Positions 17,437 to 27,445 are shown, counted from the first letter of the stretch. The stretch: DNA of 64,000 bases from Candidatus Multivoradales bacterium (GCA_965248925.1 CBDFLE010000006.1:3008001-3072000), one strand, 5' to 3'. The notes: generated from the sequence alone by a model not told the origin. A program made the numbers and translations.

Positions 17437-20400
17437 ATGAAGTTCAGACGACCGATCGTGAACCTCGTTATCGTCCTCATCGCTTTCAACGCCCACTCCG
17501 CCCAAGCCGGCACCGCCTGCAGCGGCGTCCTCACTTACCTCGAACAAGGACTCTTCGCTGACCAACCCTCGAACTGCTCCACCGGCGCCCGCTGCTACAC
17601 GCCGGCCATCTCCGGCGCCACCTTCACCCCCGAGGCTGGCTGCGACCCGGCGATCGAATCCTGCGCCATCACCATCGAAGTGCCGATCGACTTCGCCGGC
17701 AACCACCAGAACGATCCCAGCGCCTCGGGCTTCCTCTACAGCTTCGCCACCGTCACGGTGACCCCCAGCGGCGGTGGCACCCTGGGCACCTGCGGTCTCT
17801 CGGGCGCGGTGATCGAGGAAGATCACGGCACCTTAAGCTGGGGCATCACCAGCTCTTGCAGCGACCTGATGGCCAGCTACACGATCACCGCCACCGCCTG
17901 CCCCTGCGTCGGCTTCTTGTGCCCCCACTGCCCGAAAGAAACCACCCAAGTAGTCGACTTCAGCCTGTCGCCCCTCTGCCCACCTCCACCCCCTCCCAGC
18001 GGCTGCCCAGAAGATCAGAATTGCCCTACCTGCGTCGGTGCTGGCGGCGGATTAGGTGGTAGCGCGGGAGGTGGAGGCGGCGGCGCCTCGCCGCCGCAGA
18101 GCGGCCCCGGCGCGCTGCTGCGCTACTACGCGGGCGGCGTCGGCCACCCGACCTACCCCGGCTCGGCCGGCATCACCGCCGAGCTGGGGCGCTACTGGAG
18201 TTACGAGTATGCGGAACGCATCGCTCGCGACCCCGACGACAGCAACGTCTGGCTGCTGACTCGCTACGCTACGTTCCGCCGTTTTACAGACCTAGACATG
18301 GATGGGGACTACGATCGCACCATTCCCAGCGATGAGTACCGCATCCTGACCAAGACCCTGACCGGCTGGACCCTGCTCGATCTAGACGGCACCCTGATGC
18401 AATTCGACGACACCGGCCTATGGTCCTCGACCACCGACCGCAACGGCAACGCCAAGACCGCCACCCGCGATGGCACCGGCCGGCTGACCGCCGTCAGCTT
18501 CCCCGATGGCCGCTCGGAGACCTTCACCTACTCGGCAGGCGGCAAGCTGGACTCGATTACAGAAATTGGAGTAGACGGCACCACCAGTCGAACTTGGGGT
18601 TACACCTACACCGGCCAAGACCTCACCCGCATCGATCGACCCGACGGCACCGCCTGGGTTTTCCTCTACGATGACCCAACCTTGCCGGGCTACATGACCC
18701 GAATGAGTCTGGAGAGTACAAACGCTAGCGAGCGGATCGCGGGCTCCTGGGCCTATGATCCATTTGGCAATGTAGTGCAAATGTGGAAAGGCGCGGCCAA
18801 CTTCAACGATGCCGGCGCCGTCGATCGCTGGTCGATGAGCTTTGACGATCCCCAGCTGCCGATGGTCACCACGGTGACCGACCCAATGGGCGAGATCTCC
18901 ACCTACACCCTGGGCCGCGACTCCGACAGCCGGAAGCCTCGCCTGGAGCAGCTCGAAGGCTCTTGCCCGAGCTGCGGCACTGGCCCCAACAGCCGGCTGT
19001 TCTATGAAGATCCGGCGCACCCCCTGCGCCCCACCCGCCAGATCGACGGTGGCGGCACCACGACGCTGACCACCTACGACGCCAACGGTCAAGCAATCTC
19101 CCGTGTCGAGGCCCTCGGCACGGCGCTGGAGCGCGAAACGACCTGGCAGCGAGATCCCACCTACCCGGCCCTGATCACCGAGATCGAGCGTCCCTCGACC
19201 ACTGGCAGCCCTCTCGATTTCCGCCGTACCACCTTCACCCTCAGTGGCCGAGGCAACGCCACCGACCGGATTGACGAAGGAGTAGAAGACGGCCAACTCT
19301 TCAGCTACACCACCTCAACCACCTACTCTGCCGAAGGCCAGCCCGAAGAGCTTGACCCACCGGGCTACGGCACAGCCGACCTCAGCACGACTATCTGGGA
19401 TGGGACTCGCGGTGGGCTGCTTCCCCAAAGCCGTACGGACCCGCTTGTCGGGGCCACGCTATTCACTTTCGACCCCTTCAACCGCCGCATTTCGACTGTC
19501 GATCCCAATGGTGTTGTCAGTGAAATCCAGTACGACTCGCTCAACCGAGTGCTCTTCGCGATTCAAAAAGGCGCAACACCGACAGAAGACTTGATTACCG
19601 AGCAGCGCTACACCGTCTTTGGCGACCTCTTCCAGACCGTCCTACCGCGCGGCAATGTGATCGAGTTCGGCTACGATTCCGTCGGTCGATTGACTTCTAT
19701 CGAGCGCAAACCCGATGATCTCCCTGACAGTCATGTCGAGCGCACCTTCTACACCCTCGATGGCTTTGGCCACCGTGTCCGCGAGGAGTTGCAAAGCTGG
19801 AGCGGCACAAGCTGGACGAGTCAGTCGACTACCGATTACGTCTACTCCACCCGCTGCCACCTCGACCAGATGATCGAGGCCGCTGGCTCCCCCGAACAGG
19901 CGACCACTGAGTATTCCTACAATTGTGATGGTGACTTGGCGCAACTCTGGGATCCCAACCATCCCTCAGCGGGCCAAACCGCCGCAGCCAGCATGGTCTA
20001 TGCCTACGACTCTCTCAACCGACTTTCGACTCTCAGCCAACCATTCGGAGGCGCAGGTGGAGGCCAAACGATCACCAGCTACGGCTATGACGTCCAGGAT
20101 CATCTCAACTCGGTCACCGACGCTGAAGGAACGATCACCACTCATCTCTATAGCGACCGGGATTTAATGACTTCCGTAGCCTCAGAAGTCTCGGGCCTGA
20201 CGACTCACCGGTACAACGAGCACAGCCAACTCACCGAGACTACAGACGCACGCGGCATCTCAAGTCTACGCATCGTCGACGAACTCGACCGGGTCACCTT
20301 AGTGGCATACCCCAACGATACGATCAACGTTGTCTACAACTACGATGATCCCTTAGTGCCTTTCAGCTTTGGCCGGCTCACCCGGATCGAACGCGATGGG

Positions 20401-22185
20401 CAGTCGATCGACTACCTGTATGATCGGTTCGGTCGCATTGCTCAGGAAGGACAGCTGACCTACATTTTGGATAACAACGGTAACAGGAAGGAGATCCTGT
20501 ATCCCGGTGGGGTGAGAGCGCTCTACACCTTCGATCACGCCGACCGACATCAGACACTCGCCGCCGAGATTTCTAGCCAGGGCATTCAAGCCATCATCAT
20601 GGAGGCCCACTATCAACCGTTTGGCCCGCTTCGCCAGCTTAACCGTGGCAACGGACTCGTAGAAACTCGCCAGCACGATAGTCGCTACCAGCCTGACCGC
20701 ATCACGGTGGCCAGCCCTGGCGGTACTTTGCTCGATTGGGATTATGCGACTGATAGAGTGGGTAACATCACCGCTATCGGCGATCTGCTCGACCCGCTGA
20801 ACAACCGCACCTACGCCTACCAGGACTACCAGTATTTCCTTACCCAGGGCGACGGTCCTTGGGGCATCCTAGCGTGGGCGTACGACAAAATCGGCAACCG
20901 TCTCAGCGAGACTCGGGACGGCGTCAACGATATCTACCAGTACCTCGCCAACGCTGCCGCCACTGGCAACACCGCCAAGATCGACCAGGTGGTGCTCGGT
21001 GCAGGAGGTAATCGGATATACACGTTCGATGCCGCAGGCAACCAGACCGGGATCGATGAGAACGGAGACCCCGTGACTTACTCATTCGATGATGCTGGGC
21101 GCATGTCTCGAATCGACCACCCATCGGCTCAAACTAGCTCCAGAATGCTCTACGATGGCCGTAGCTTCCTGCGCCAGGCTACAGGGCGCGCCCCCTACGG
21201 CGGAGCCGACGCTCTGTTCTGCGACGGCTTCGAAAGCGGCGACACCGGAGGGTGGGCAGGTACTAAGGTCAAGACCGTCAACGCTGGTCGAGGGGCGGGG
21301 GGTTGCTTCGAGACGGTTATCACGCAGCCCACCTATAGCAATGATGGCTTGTTGTACGAGCGGACTGCGGAAAGCGGGCGCGAAGCAGTTATTTACTTCA
21401 ATGGGCTCCCAGTAGCTCAGGCCGATGGGTCAGGACTCGAGAATCTCTCTGTTGATCATCTTGGCACGCCTTTGCTGTTGACAGCGGATAGAGGTGTGAA
21501 GAGCTGGAGTGGAGGGTTTGAGCCATTTGGCAATGACTTTGCGGGTGCGCAGACGGCGGGGATGTTCCTGCGATTCCCTGGTCAATGGGAGGATGCAGCC
21601 TGGAAGTCTAAGTTCGACGTTTCCTACAACGTCTACCGGTGGTATGTTCAGGGGACTTCTCGATACTCTAGGGTCGATCCCTTGAGCAGAATGACTCTCC
21701 ACTCTACTCGCTCCAGAGATGGAGACTACCAGTATGGAAGATCTCAGCCTACAGCGAGAGTCGACCCACTTGGCCTCTGTTCTCCAGGACCAGACATGAC
21801 AAAATGTCTGTTATTTATCTTTGGTGAGAGCCCAACTGGCGTGAGAATCACTCCGAAGATAAAGGAGAATTCAGACTGGGCTTCAACTACCCGCAAGAAT
21901 CGAATCATCCCGTATATTGAATGCGGTGACTTTTTCTCAAACCCCGCACTAATTCTTGAAGAGTACTACCACGTGCTGCGGCAGTGGAATACTGGACGCA
22001 TGACTCGAATTTCCTACTTGGTAGATTATGCAAGAAATGGCTACCAAGGAAGCAAATATGAGATTGAGGCAAAGACTTTTGTTGCCTGGAATCTAAGAGA
22101 CTTCAAAGATTGCCTTAGTTGCCCAAGCTCGGTCCCTGGCGGAATAGGGCCTGGTGGTGTTCGTTTTTCTGGATTTCCAAAATGA
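17437..22185 (+). CDS. RHS/YD-repeat polymorphic toxin with Sec signal and C-terminal metallopeptidase-like domain
   Basis: Signal peptide, Cys/Pro/Gly-rich N-terminus, many YD repeats, core motifs DHLGTP, RFPGQW and YNVYRWY, PTARVDPLGL cleavage motif, C-terminal LEEYYHVLRQW...YEIEA. Confidence 0.92.
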   Translation: MKFRRPIVNLVIVLIAFNAHSAQAGTACSGVLTYLEQGLFADQPSNCSTGARCYTPAISGATFTPEAGCDPAIESCAITIEVPIDFAGNHQNDPSASGFLYSFATVTVTPSGGGTLGTCGLSGAVIEEDHGTLSWGITSSCSDLMASYTITATACPCVGFLCPHCPKETTQVVDFSLSPLCPPPPPPSGCPEDQNCPTCVGAGGGLGGSAGGGGGGASPPQSGPGALLRYYAGGVGHPTYPGSAGITAELGRYWSYEYAERIARDPDDSNVWLLTRYATFRRFTDLDMDGDYDRTIPSDEYRILTKTLTGWTLLDLDGTLMQFDDTGLWSSTTDRNGNAKTATRDGTGRLTAVSFPDGRSETFTYSAGGKLDSITEIGVDGTTSRTWGYTYTGQDLTRIDRPDGTAWVFLYDDPTLPGYMTRMSLESTNASERIAGSWAYDPFGNVVQMWKGAANFNDAGAVDRWSMSFDDPQLPMVTTVTDPMGEISTYTLGRDSDSRKPRLEQLEGSCPSCGTGPNSRLFYEDPAHPLRPTRQIDGGGTTTLTTYDANGQAISRVEALGTALERETTWQRDPTYPALITEIERPSTTGSPLDFRRTTFTLSGRGNATDRIDEGVEDGQLFSYTTSTTYSAEGQPEELDPPGYGTADLSTTIWDGTRGGLLPQSRTDPLVGATLFTFDPFNRRISTVDPNGVVSEIQYDSLNRVLFAIQKGATPTEDLITEQRYTVFGDLFQTVLPRGNVIEFGYDSVGRLTSIERKPDDLPDSHVERTFYTLDGFGHRVREELQSWSGTSWTSQSTTDYVYSTRCHLDQMIEAAGSPEQATTEYSYNCDGDLAQLWDPNHPSAGQTAAASMVYAYDSLNRLSTLSQPFGGAGGGQTITSYGYDVQDHLNSVTDAEGTITTHLYSDRDLMTSVASEVSGLTTHRYNEHSQLTETTDARGISSLRIVDELDRVTLVAYPNDTINVVYNYDDPLVPFSFGRLTRIERDGQSIDYLYDRFGRIAQEGQLTYILDNNGNRKEILYPGGVRALYTFDHADRHQTLAAEISSQGIQAIIMEAHYQPFGPLRQLNRGNGLVETRQHDSRYQPDRITVASPGGTLLDWDYATDRVGNITAIGDLLDPLNNRTYAYQDYQYFLTQGDGPWGILAWAYDKIGNRLSETRDGVNDIYQYLANAAATGNTAKIDQVVLGAGGNRIYTFDAAGNQTGIDENGDPVTYSFDDAGRMSRIDHPSAQTSSRMLYDGRSFLRQATGRAPYGGADALFCDGFESGDTGGWAGTKVKTVNAGRGAGGCFETVITQPTYSNDGLLYERTAESGREAVIYFNGLPVAQADGSGLENLSVDHLGTPLLLTADRGVKSWSGGFEPFGNDFAGAQTAGMFLRFPGQWEDAAWKSKFDVSYNVYRWYVQGTSRYSRVDPLSRMTLHSTRSRDGDYQYGRSQPTARVDPLGLCSPGPDMTKCLLFIFGESPTGVRITPKIKENSDWASTTRKNRIIPYIECGDFFSNPALILEEYYHVLRQWNTGRMTRISYLVDYARNGYQGSKYEIEAKTFVAWNLRDFKDCLSCPSSVPGGIGPGGVRFSGFPK

Positions 22186-22562
22186 AAACTACACTTCTTC
22201 TTATTCGCTTGTCTCTTGTAGTTCCCATCATGGCTTCTTGTGCCTACTTAAGAGTCGGCGACAATGCGATCCGAGTACAAGGTGAGGTTGCTAGCGGCCT
22301 TAACGTGACCGTGTCATGCTCGATAGAGTTGAGATCTCACCCGGAAGGTTACATCTTGCATTCCCTGCCGATTGACCAGGTTTTTGACTCGACATTGACG
22401 GTTAGCCCACGTCGTGCGATCTATCGGATTGCTATTGTCTGCTCAGGCTATGATGAGATCTATGAGTCAGAACCGATTGAAGTGCGAGATACTAGATACT
22501 ATCATTCGCCTATTGATCTTGGAAGACTGCCACTTAATCCTAAAGACCCTGCGGGCCTGTAG
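22182..22562 (+). CDS. Putative immunity lipoprotein of the RHS toxin
   Basis: ATGA overlap with the RHS stop; MKTTLLLIRLSLVVPIMAS-C lipobox; AT-richer, like the toxin tip. Confidence 0.7.
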   Translation: MKTTLLLIRLSLVVPIMASCAYLRVGDNAIRVQGEVASGLNVTVSCSIELRSHPEGYILHSLPIDQVFDSTLTVSPRRAIYRIAIVCSGYDEIYESEPIEVRDTRYYHSPIDLGRLPLNPKDPAGL

Positions 22563-22689
22563 AGATCATTGGCTAAGAAGATTGCCCCCGTCAACTCCGG
22601 CTCGGGGAATTGCACCGCCGTAAGAAAGCTAACCCTGGCCATACTAGTGACTCTATGGCAGAGCGGCCGGAAACCAGCAGTGGAGAAAC

Positions 22690-22746
22690 ATGATGAAGAA
22701 TCTCAAGCTCCTAGCATCGTCGACGATCCTAATCGCCGGGCTCTGA
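22690..22746 (+). pseudogene. Signal-peptide-only remnant resembling the start of the defensin-like gene
   Basis: GGAG RBS; MMKNLKLLASSTILIAGL*; shares ATGAAGAATCTCAA with 27446. Confidence 0.4.
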
Positions 22747-23026
22747 GAGGAACCACGGTAATCGATGGCATTTCTCCCACAGCAATTGATGGTCATCACC
22801 AGATGCGGGGTCCGGTTGCCGCGCCTCCGGCGCGGGACCATGTCATTCTTGGCCGGTTTCTTCTCGTTCTCAGCAACATCCCTTCAATCCGTGCTGCTGC
22901 AAACTACTGGCGACAGGACACTTACAGTGGTCACGATAGTTGAGGGGGAATATGCCTCGACCCTCGCTATTCTTGATCAGAAGCAGCTGTCTTGACCTCG
23001 ATGATTCTGATCATGCTCAACACCAT

Positions 23027-23155
23027 CGCGTCGTGGTCAACTCGACGCCGATCAAAACCCTCTCCATCATCGGTCAGCTGAATCTCTGGCGAAGCCTGTA
23101 TGAGAGGGTCTCTATTCCACCAGCGGTCCACCGCGGCTATGATTGGCAGCTATGA
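23027..23155 (+). pseudogene. Fragment of a DUF3368/COG2405-type PIN-domain gene
   Basis: RVVVNSTPIKTLSIIGQLNLWRSLYERVSIPPAV matches the family N-terminus, then terminates. Confidence 0.6.
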
Positions 23156-23577
23156 ACCCACCCCCGTTCCATCTCGCGTTTCCAGTCACCGATATCGAGG
23201 CCACCCGGCGGTTCTACGTTGATTTGCTGGGTTGCCGGGAGGGCCGTAGCGCTGAGCAGTGGGTCGATTTCGACTTTCATGGTCATCAGCTTTCGGCTCA
23301 CTTGCGACCGGCCAAGGAGATCAGCCGGCCGGCCAATGAGGTCGATGGCAAACAAGTTCCGATTCCCCACTTCGGTCTGGTCTTGCCCGCCGAGACGTGG
23401 CGCGCGCTCGCCGACCGGCTGGCGGCGGCGGGAGTGGAATTTGTCATCGAGCCCTACACCCGCTTCGCCGGCCTGCCGGGGGAACAGGGTACGTTCTTCG
23501 TCTTGGATCCAAGTGGTAATACGCTCGAGTTCAAGACCTTTGCCGATCCCGAGCGCCTGTTCGCCACCGGCCGCTAG
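23152..23577 (+). CDS. VOC/glyoxalase family protein
   Basis: PFHLAFPV.D....FY..LLGC.EGRS...WVDFDF.GHQ, PHFG and [10 protein letters not shown] motifs. Confidence 0.92.
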   Translation: MNPPPFHLAFPVTDIEATRRFYVDLLGCREGRSAEQWVDFDFHGHQLSAHLRPAKEISRPANEVDGKQVPIPHFGLVLPAETWRALADRLAAAGVEFVIEPYTRFAGLPGEQGTFFVLDPSGNTLEFKTFADPERLFATGR

Positions 23578-23736
23578 GGGCAGAACCAGCTGCCGGCTGG
23601 CGATCTTTGCAACCTTTACTGCTTCCTCAAACAGGGTCTTGGTTCGCTAGACAAGGTCTGGCGAAGCTGCTCTATCTACAGCTTCTCGGCGCGGTAAGCT
23701 GGAGCGACAGACCTTCTAGCCCAGCCGAGGTAGCCA

Positions 23737-24333
23737 ATGGCCGAAGCAACTCCCAAGAATTCCAGGGGGAGGGTGACACGGTTGCTCCAGCAGTGGAGCA
23801 GCGGTGATCAAGCCGCCCTGGACGAGCTGATGCCGCTGATCCACGCCGAGCTGCGGCAGCAGGCGAGTGGCTGCTTGCGACGCGAGCGCCAGGGCCACAC
23901 GTTGGAGACTTCAGCATTGGTCAATGAGGCCTTCCTGAGGTTGGTGGATCAGGATCAGGTGCGGTGGCAGAGTCGCGCTCACTTCTTGGCGATCGCTGGC
24001 CGCCAGATGCGTCGCATCTTGGTCGACCACGCCCGCCGCCACGGAGCCGCCAAGCGGGGCGGTGGGGTGGAGCCGGTGCCGATCGATGAGGTCGAGCCGG
24101 CGGCCGCGGAACTGCGCCCGGATCTGCTGGCTCTCGACCAGGCTCTAGAACGGCTGGCTGAGGACGATTCCGAGAGTGCCCGGGTGGTCGAGTTGCGCTA
24201 CTTCGCCGGTCTCAACCGCGAGGAGATTGCCGAGGTGATGCACATGTCCTCGGCGTCGATCACCCGCCGTTGGCGGGTAGCCAGGGCTTGGCTCTATCGC
24301 GAACTGGCCGGGCAGGAGCCGCAGGATGAATGA
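23737..24333 (+). CDS. Third ECF43-type sigma factor
   Basis: VTRLLQQW..GD, TLETSALVNEAFLRL, MRRILVDHAR, LRYFAGL and ARAWL motifs. Confidence 0.93.
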   Translation: MAEATPKNSRGRVTRLLQQWSSGDQAALDELMPLIHAELRQQASGCLRRERQGHTLETSALVNEAFLRLVDQDQVRWQSRAHFLAIAGRQMRRILVDHARRHGAAKRGGGVEPVPIDEVEPAAAELRPDLLALDQALERLAEDDSESARVVELRYFAGLNREEIAEVMHMSSASITRRWRVARAWLYRELAGQEPQDE

Positions 24334-26854
24334 AAATTGGCGCCGCATACGCCGGCTCTTCGTTGAGCTGAGCGAGTTGCCGCCGGACCAGCGCCAAGGC
24401 TTTCTGAGCCGCTCGGATGCCACCGCGGAAGAGCGCTCGCAGGTGCGGTCGTTGCTCGCTGCCGATGGCCGCCGCGGTTTCCTCGACTTGCCGGGCTGGA
24501 GCGCTGCGGCGGCCGGGCATGGCTTCAGTGTCCCTGGTGATCAGGAACTTGGCGGGGGAGCGCTGGCCGCCGGGGCCACGGTCGGGCCCTACCGGCTGTT
24601 GCGGCAGATCGGCGAAGGCGGCATGAGCACAGTCTTTTTGGCCGAAAGGCAGGACCATGCCTTTGCTCGCCAGGTGGTGATCAAAGTGGTTCGGCCGGAG
24701 ATGGAGAGCCGTTCCAATCTCCGTCGGCTGAACGCCGAGCGACAGATTCTGGCGCAACTTGAGCACCCGCTTATCGCCAGACTTTACGACGGTGGCACGA
24801 CGGCGGCTGGCCGGCCCTATTTCGCCATGGAGCGAGTTGACGGGGAAGCCATCGACCGCTACTGCGACCGCCACCGACTGAGCATCGAGCAACGCTTGCG
24901 GCTGTTCTCTCGGGTCTGTGAGGCGGTGCAATACGCCCACCAGAACCTGGTCGTTCACCGAGATCTCAAGCCCTCGAATATTCTGGTCACCGCAGATGGG
25001 CAGCCGAAGTTGCTCGACTTCGGCATCGCCAAGCTGTTGCGTCCCGAAGAGGCTTCGCGGTCGGGCGAGCACACCGCCGCCTGGGCACGGCTGCTGACCC
25101 CCAACTACGCCAGCCCCGAGCAGATCCGCGGTCAGCAGATCACCACCGCTTGCGATATCTACTCGCTCGGGGTGCTGCTCTTTGAGTTATTGAGCGGCTG
25201 CCTGCCGCGCCGCTTCGATGGCAGCAGCTTGACGGAGCTTGAGCGTTGGCTGGCTGATAGCCCGGTGCCGGCGCCCAGCGAGGCGCGGTGTGCGGCGGCT
25301 GCCGATGGCGATGCCCACTCGGTCGCCGGGTTGGCCAGGGCTCGCCGGACCAGCCCGGAGCAGTTGCGCCGGTTGCTGGCGGGGGATCTCGACACCATCG
25401 TGCTGAAGGCTTTGCATGCCGAGGCGCCGCGTCGCTACGGCTCCGCCGAGCAACTAGCCGAAGATCTCGACCGGCAGCGCCGGGGTTTCCCGGTGTTGGC
25501 GCGGCCGGACCGGCTGTCCTATCGCTGGCGCAAGTTCTGGGGTCGCCACCGGCTGCCGCTGGCCGCCGCCTTGGTGGTCGCCGCGCTGAGCATTGGCTGG
25601 TTGATCAGCGGCTGGCTGCATTCACGCCAGATCGAGGCTGAGCGCAACGATCTGGCGGCGATGGTGGGTTTGATTGAGAACGTTTTCGCGGTGGCCGCCG
25701 AAGGGGAGCAGCTGACTGTCCGTCAAGCGGTCGACCGGAGTGCCGAGATGGTCGATCGGCAGCTGCGGGATCAACCCGCTTTGCGCGCCAAGTTGCAGCA
25801 GACGATGGGCAAGATCTATCTCAACCTGGGTGAGTACCAGGCGGCTCGGCAGCAGCTCGAAAAAGCTGTAGAACTCCGCCTTGAGCTGTTCGGCGAGGCC
25901 TCCTTAGTGACCTCCGAGAGCCGCAGCACGTTGGCCGTGGTGCTCACCGCGGTGGGCGACTTCGAGGCCGGCGAAGCACTGGCTTGGGCGGCCTTGGAGC
26001 GTTGCCGGACGCTGGGCGACGGCCCGCGGTCGGCGCTGATCGAGGCGCTCAACAACCTGGTCTGGGCGTTGTGTTTTCGTGGCGACTATGACGCTTCGGA
26101 ACAGCCTTCGGCAGAAGCGCTGGCACTGGCGAAGGAGCTGGGACAGGAGGACAGCTTGCTGCTTGCCACCGCCATCACCCAGCGCGCGGTGGTGCTCAAT
26201 CAACAGGGGGAGCACGCCGCCGCCGGTGAGTTCTACCGCCAGGCGCTGGCGCTGCATCGACGCTATCGCGGTGAGCACCACCCGGAGGTTGCCACCGTGC
26301 TCAACAATCTGGGGCTGGCTCTCAAGCGGCAGGGACGGCTCGACGAAGCTGGCAACTTCTATGGCCAGGCCCTCGATCTCGAGCGCCGGTTGTTTGGTGA
26401 CGACGATCCGAAAGTCGCCCGGGCGCTGCACAATCTCGGCTCGCTGGATTTCGAGCGACAGGAATATGAGACCGCCGAGCACCACTATCGAGAGGCGCTA
26501 CGAATTGCCCAGGCGAGTTTTGGCCAGGCCCACTACAGCGTGGTGGTGATTTCCTCCGGCTTGGCTGCCACGCTCACTGCCGACGGTCGCGCTTTGCAGG
26601 CCGAAGAACTGCTGCGCGAGGGGCTCGGCCGATGGCGCCACGAGTTGCAGCAAGGCTGGCATCTGGCGCTGGCCGAAGGAGCCTTGGGCGGTAGCCTGAG
26701 CGCCCAGGGTCGATTTGCCGAAGCTGAACCTCTGCTGGCCGGCAGCCTGGCGGTGATCCGCCAGGCGAAGGGCGAAGAGCATCGGCGGACGATCCAAGCT
26801 CGCGACCGTCTGCGGCAGCTCTACCAAGCCTGGGGAAGACCTGGCTCCTGCTGA
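24326..26854 (+). CDS. Membrane Ser/Thr protein kinase with TPR repeats
   Basis: GEGGMS, HRDLKPSN, DFG and TPNYASPE motifs; TM; HPEVATVLNNLG TPRs; overlaps the ECF stop. Confidence 0.94.
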   Translation: MNENWRRIRRLFVELSELPPDQRQGFLSRSDATAEERSQVRSLLAADGRRGFLDLPGWSAAAAGHGFSVPGDQELGGGALAAGATVGPYRLLRQIGEGGMSTVFLAERQDHAFARQVVIKVVRPEMESRSNLRRLNAERQILAQLEHPLIARLYDGGTTAAGRPYFAMERVDGEAIDRYCDRHRLSIEQRLRLFSRVCEAVQYAHQNLVVHRDLKPSNILVTADGQPKLLDFGIAKLLRPEEASRSGEHTAAWARLLTPNYASPEQIRGQQITTACDIYSLGVLLFELLSGCLPRRFDGSSLTELERWLADSPVPAPSEARCAAAADGDAHSVAGLARARRTSPEQLRRLLAGDLDTIVLKALHAEAPRRYGSAEQLAEDLDRQRRGFPVLARPDRLSYRWRKFWGRHRLPLAAALVVAALSIGWLISGWLHSRQIEAERNDLAAMVGLIENVFAVAAEGEQLTVRQAVDRSAEMVDRQLRDQPALRAKLQQTMGKIYLNLGEYQAARQQLEKAVELRLELFGEASLVTSESRSTLAVVLTAVGDFEAGEALAWAALERCRTLGDGPRSALIEALNNLVWALCFRGDYDASEQPSAEALALAKELGQEDSLLLATAITQRAVVLNQQGEHAAAGEFYRQALALHRRYRGEHHPEVATVLNNLGLALKRQGRLDEAGNFYGQALDLERRLFGDDDPKVARALHNLGSLDFERQEYETAEHHYREALRIAQASFGQAHYSVVVISSGLAATLTADGRALQAEELLREGLGRWRHELQQGWHLALAEGALGGSLSAQGRFAEAEPLLAGSLAVIRQAKGEEHRRTIQARDRLRQLYQAWGRPGSC

Positions 26855-27037
26855 AGATCCTGCGGAATTCCTCGGTAAGTCCGGAGGTTTGGGGCCGGCT
26901 ACAAAAAGGCAGCTTGCCGTTGACTCATTCCTTCGCTAGCTTGCGCGTCAGAGAGTGAAGGTGCCCTACCCTTCGCAGTGCTACGGACCCGTTCCAGGAA
27001 TTGACCGTGGGCGGGCGTGCCACCAAGGAGTTCGCTG

Positions 27038-27313
27038 ATGATTCAAGGGAAACGGCTGACTTTACTCGCCCTGCTGATCGCCCTGGCCTTGCTGACCGCC
27101 GCGGTCTATGCGGCCTCATCGGTACTGCCTTTTGGCGGAACCTGGCAGGCCAGCGGGGATGACGATTGCGTCGGCTCCAAAGTCTGTGCCGAGTGGGATA
27201 TGAGCAAGGTGACCACCGAGCCCGTGGTGGGTCCGATTTGTTGCATTGATTCAACCGGCATCAACACCGGTGATCCGGGTGCCTGCCAGGCGAAGTTCCG
27301 GCACTCTCACTAA
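27038..27313 (+). CDS. Small secreted Cys-rich peptide (91 aa, 5 Cys)
   Basis: AAGGAG RBS; signal peptide ending AVYA; C..C..CC..C pattern. Confidence 0.75.
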   Translation: MIQGKRLTLLALLIALALLTAAVYAASSVLPFGGTWQASGDDDCVGSKVCAEWDMSKVTTEPVVGPICCIDSTGINTGDPGACQAKFRHSH

Positions 27314-27445
27314 ACCAGACTCCGAGCAACCGCTGCTGCTAAGGCCGCCGCTCAAACTTTGATTAGATTTCCGGGGCTGCACGCAGCTTCCGGACGACCC
27401 TCGGCCTGCCAATCTAGGGAGGTCGATGCCAAGGAGAGCCGTGTC

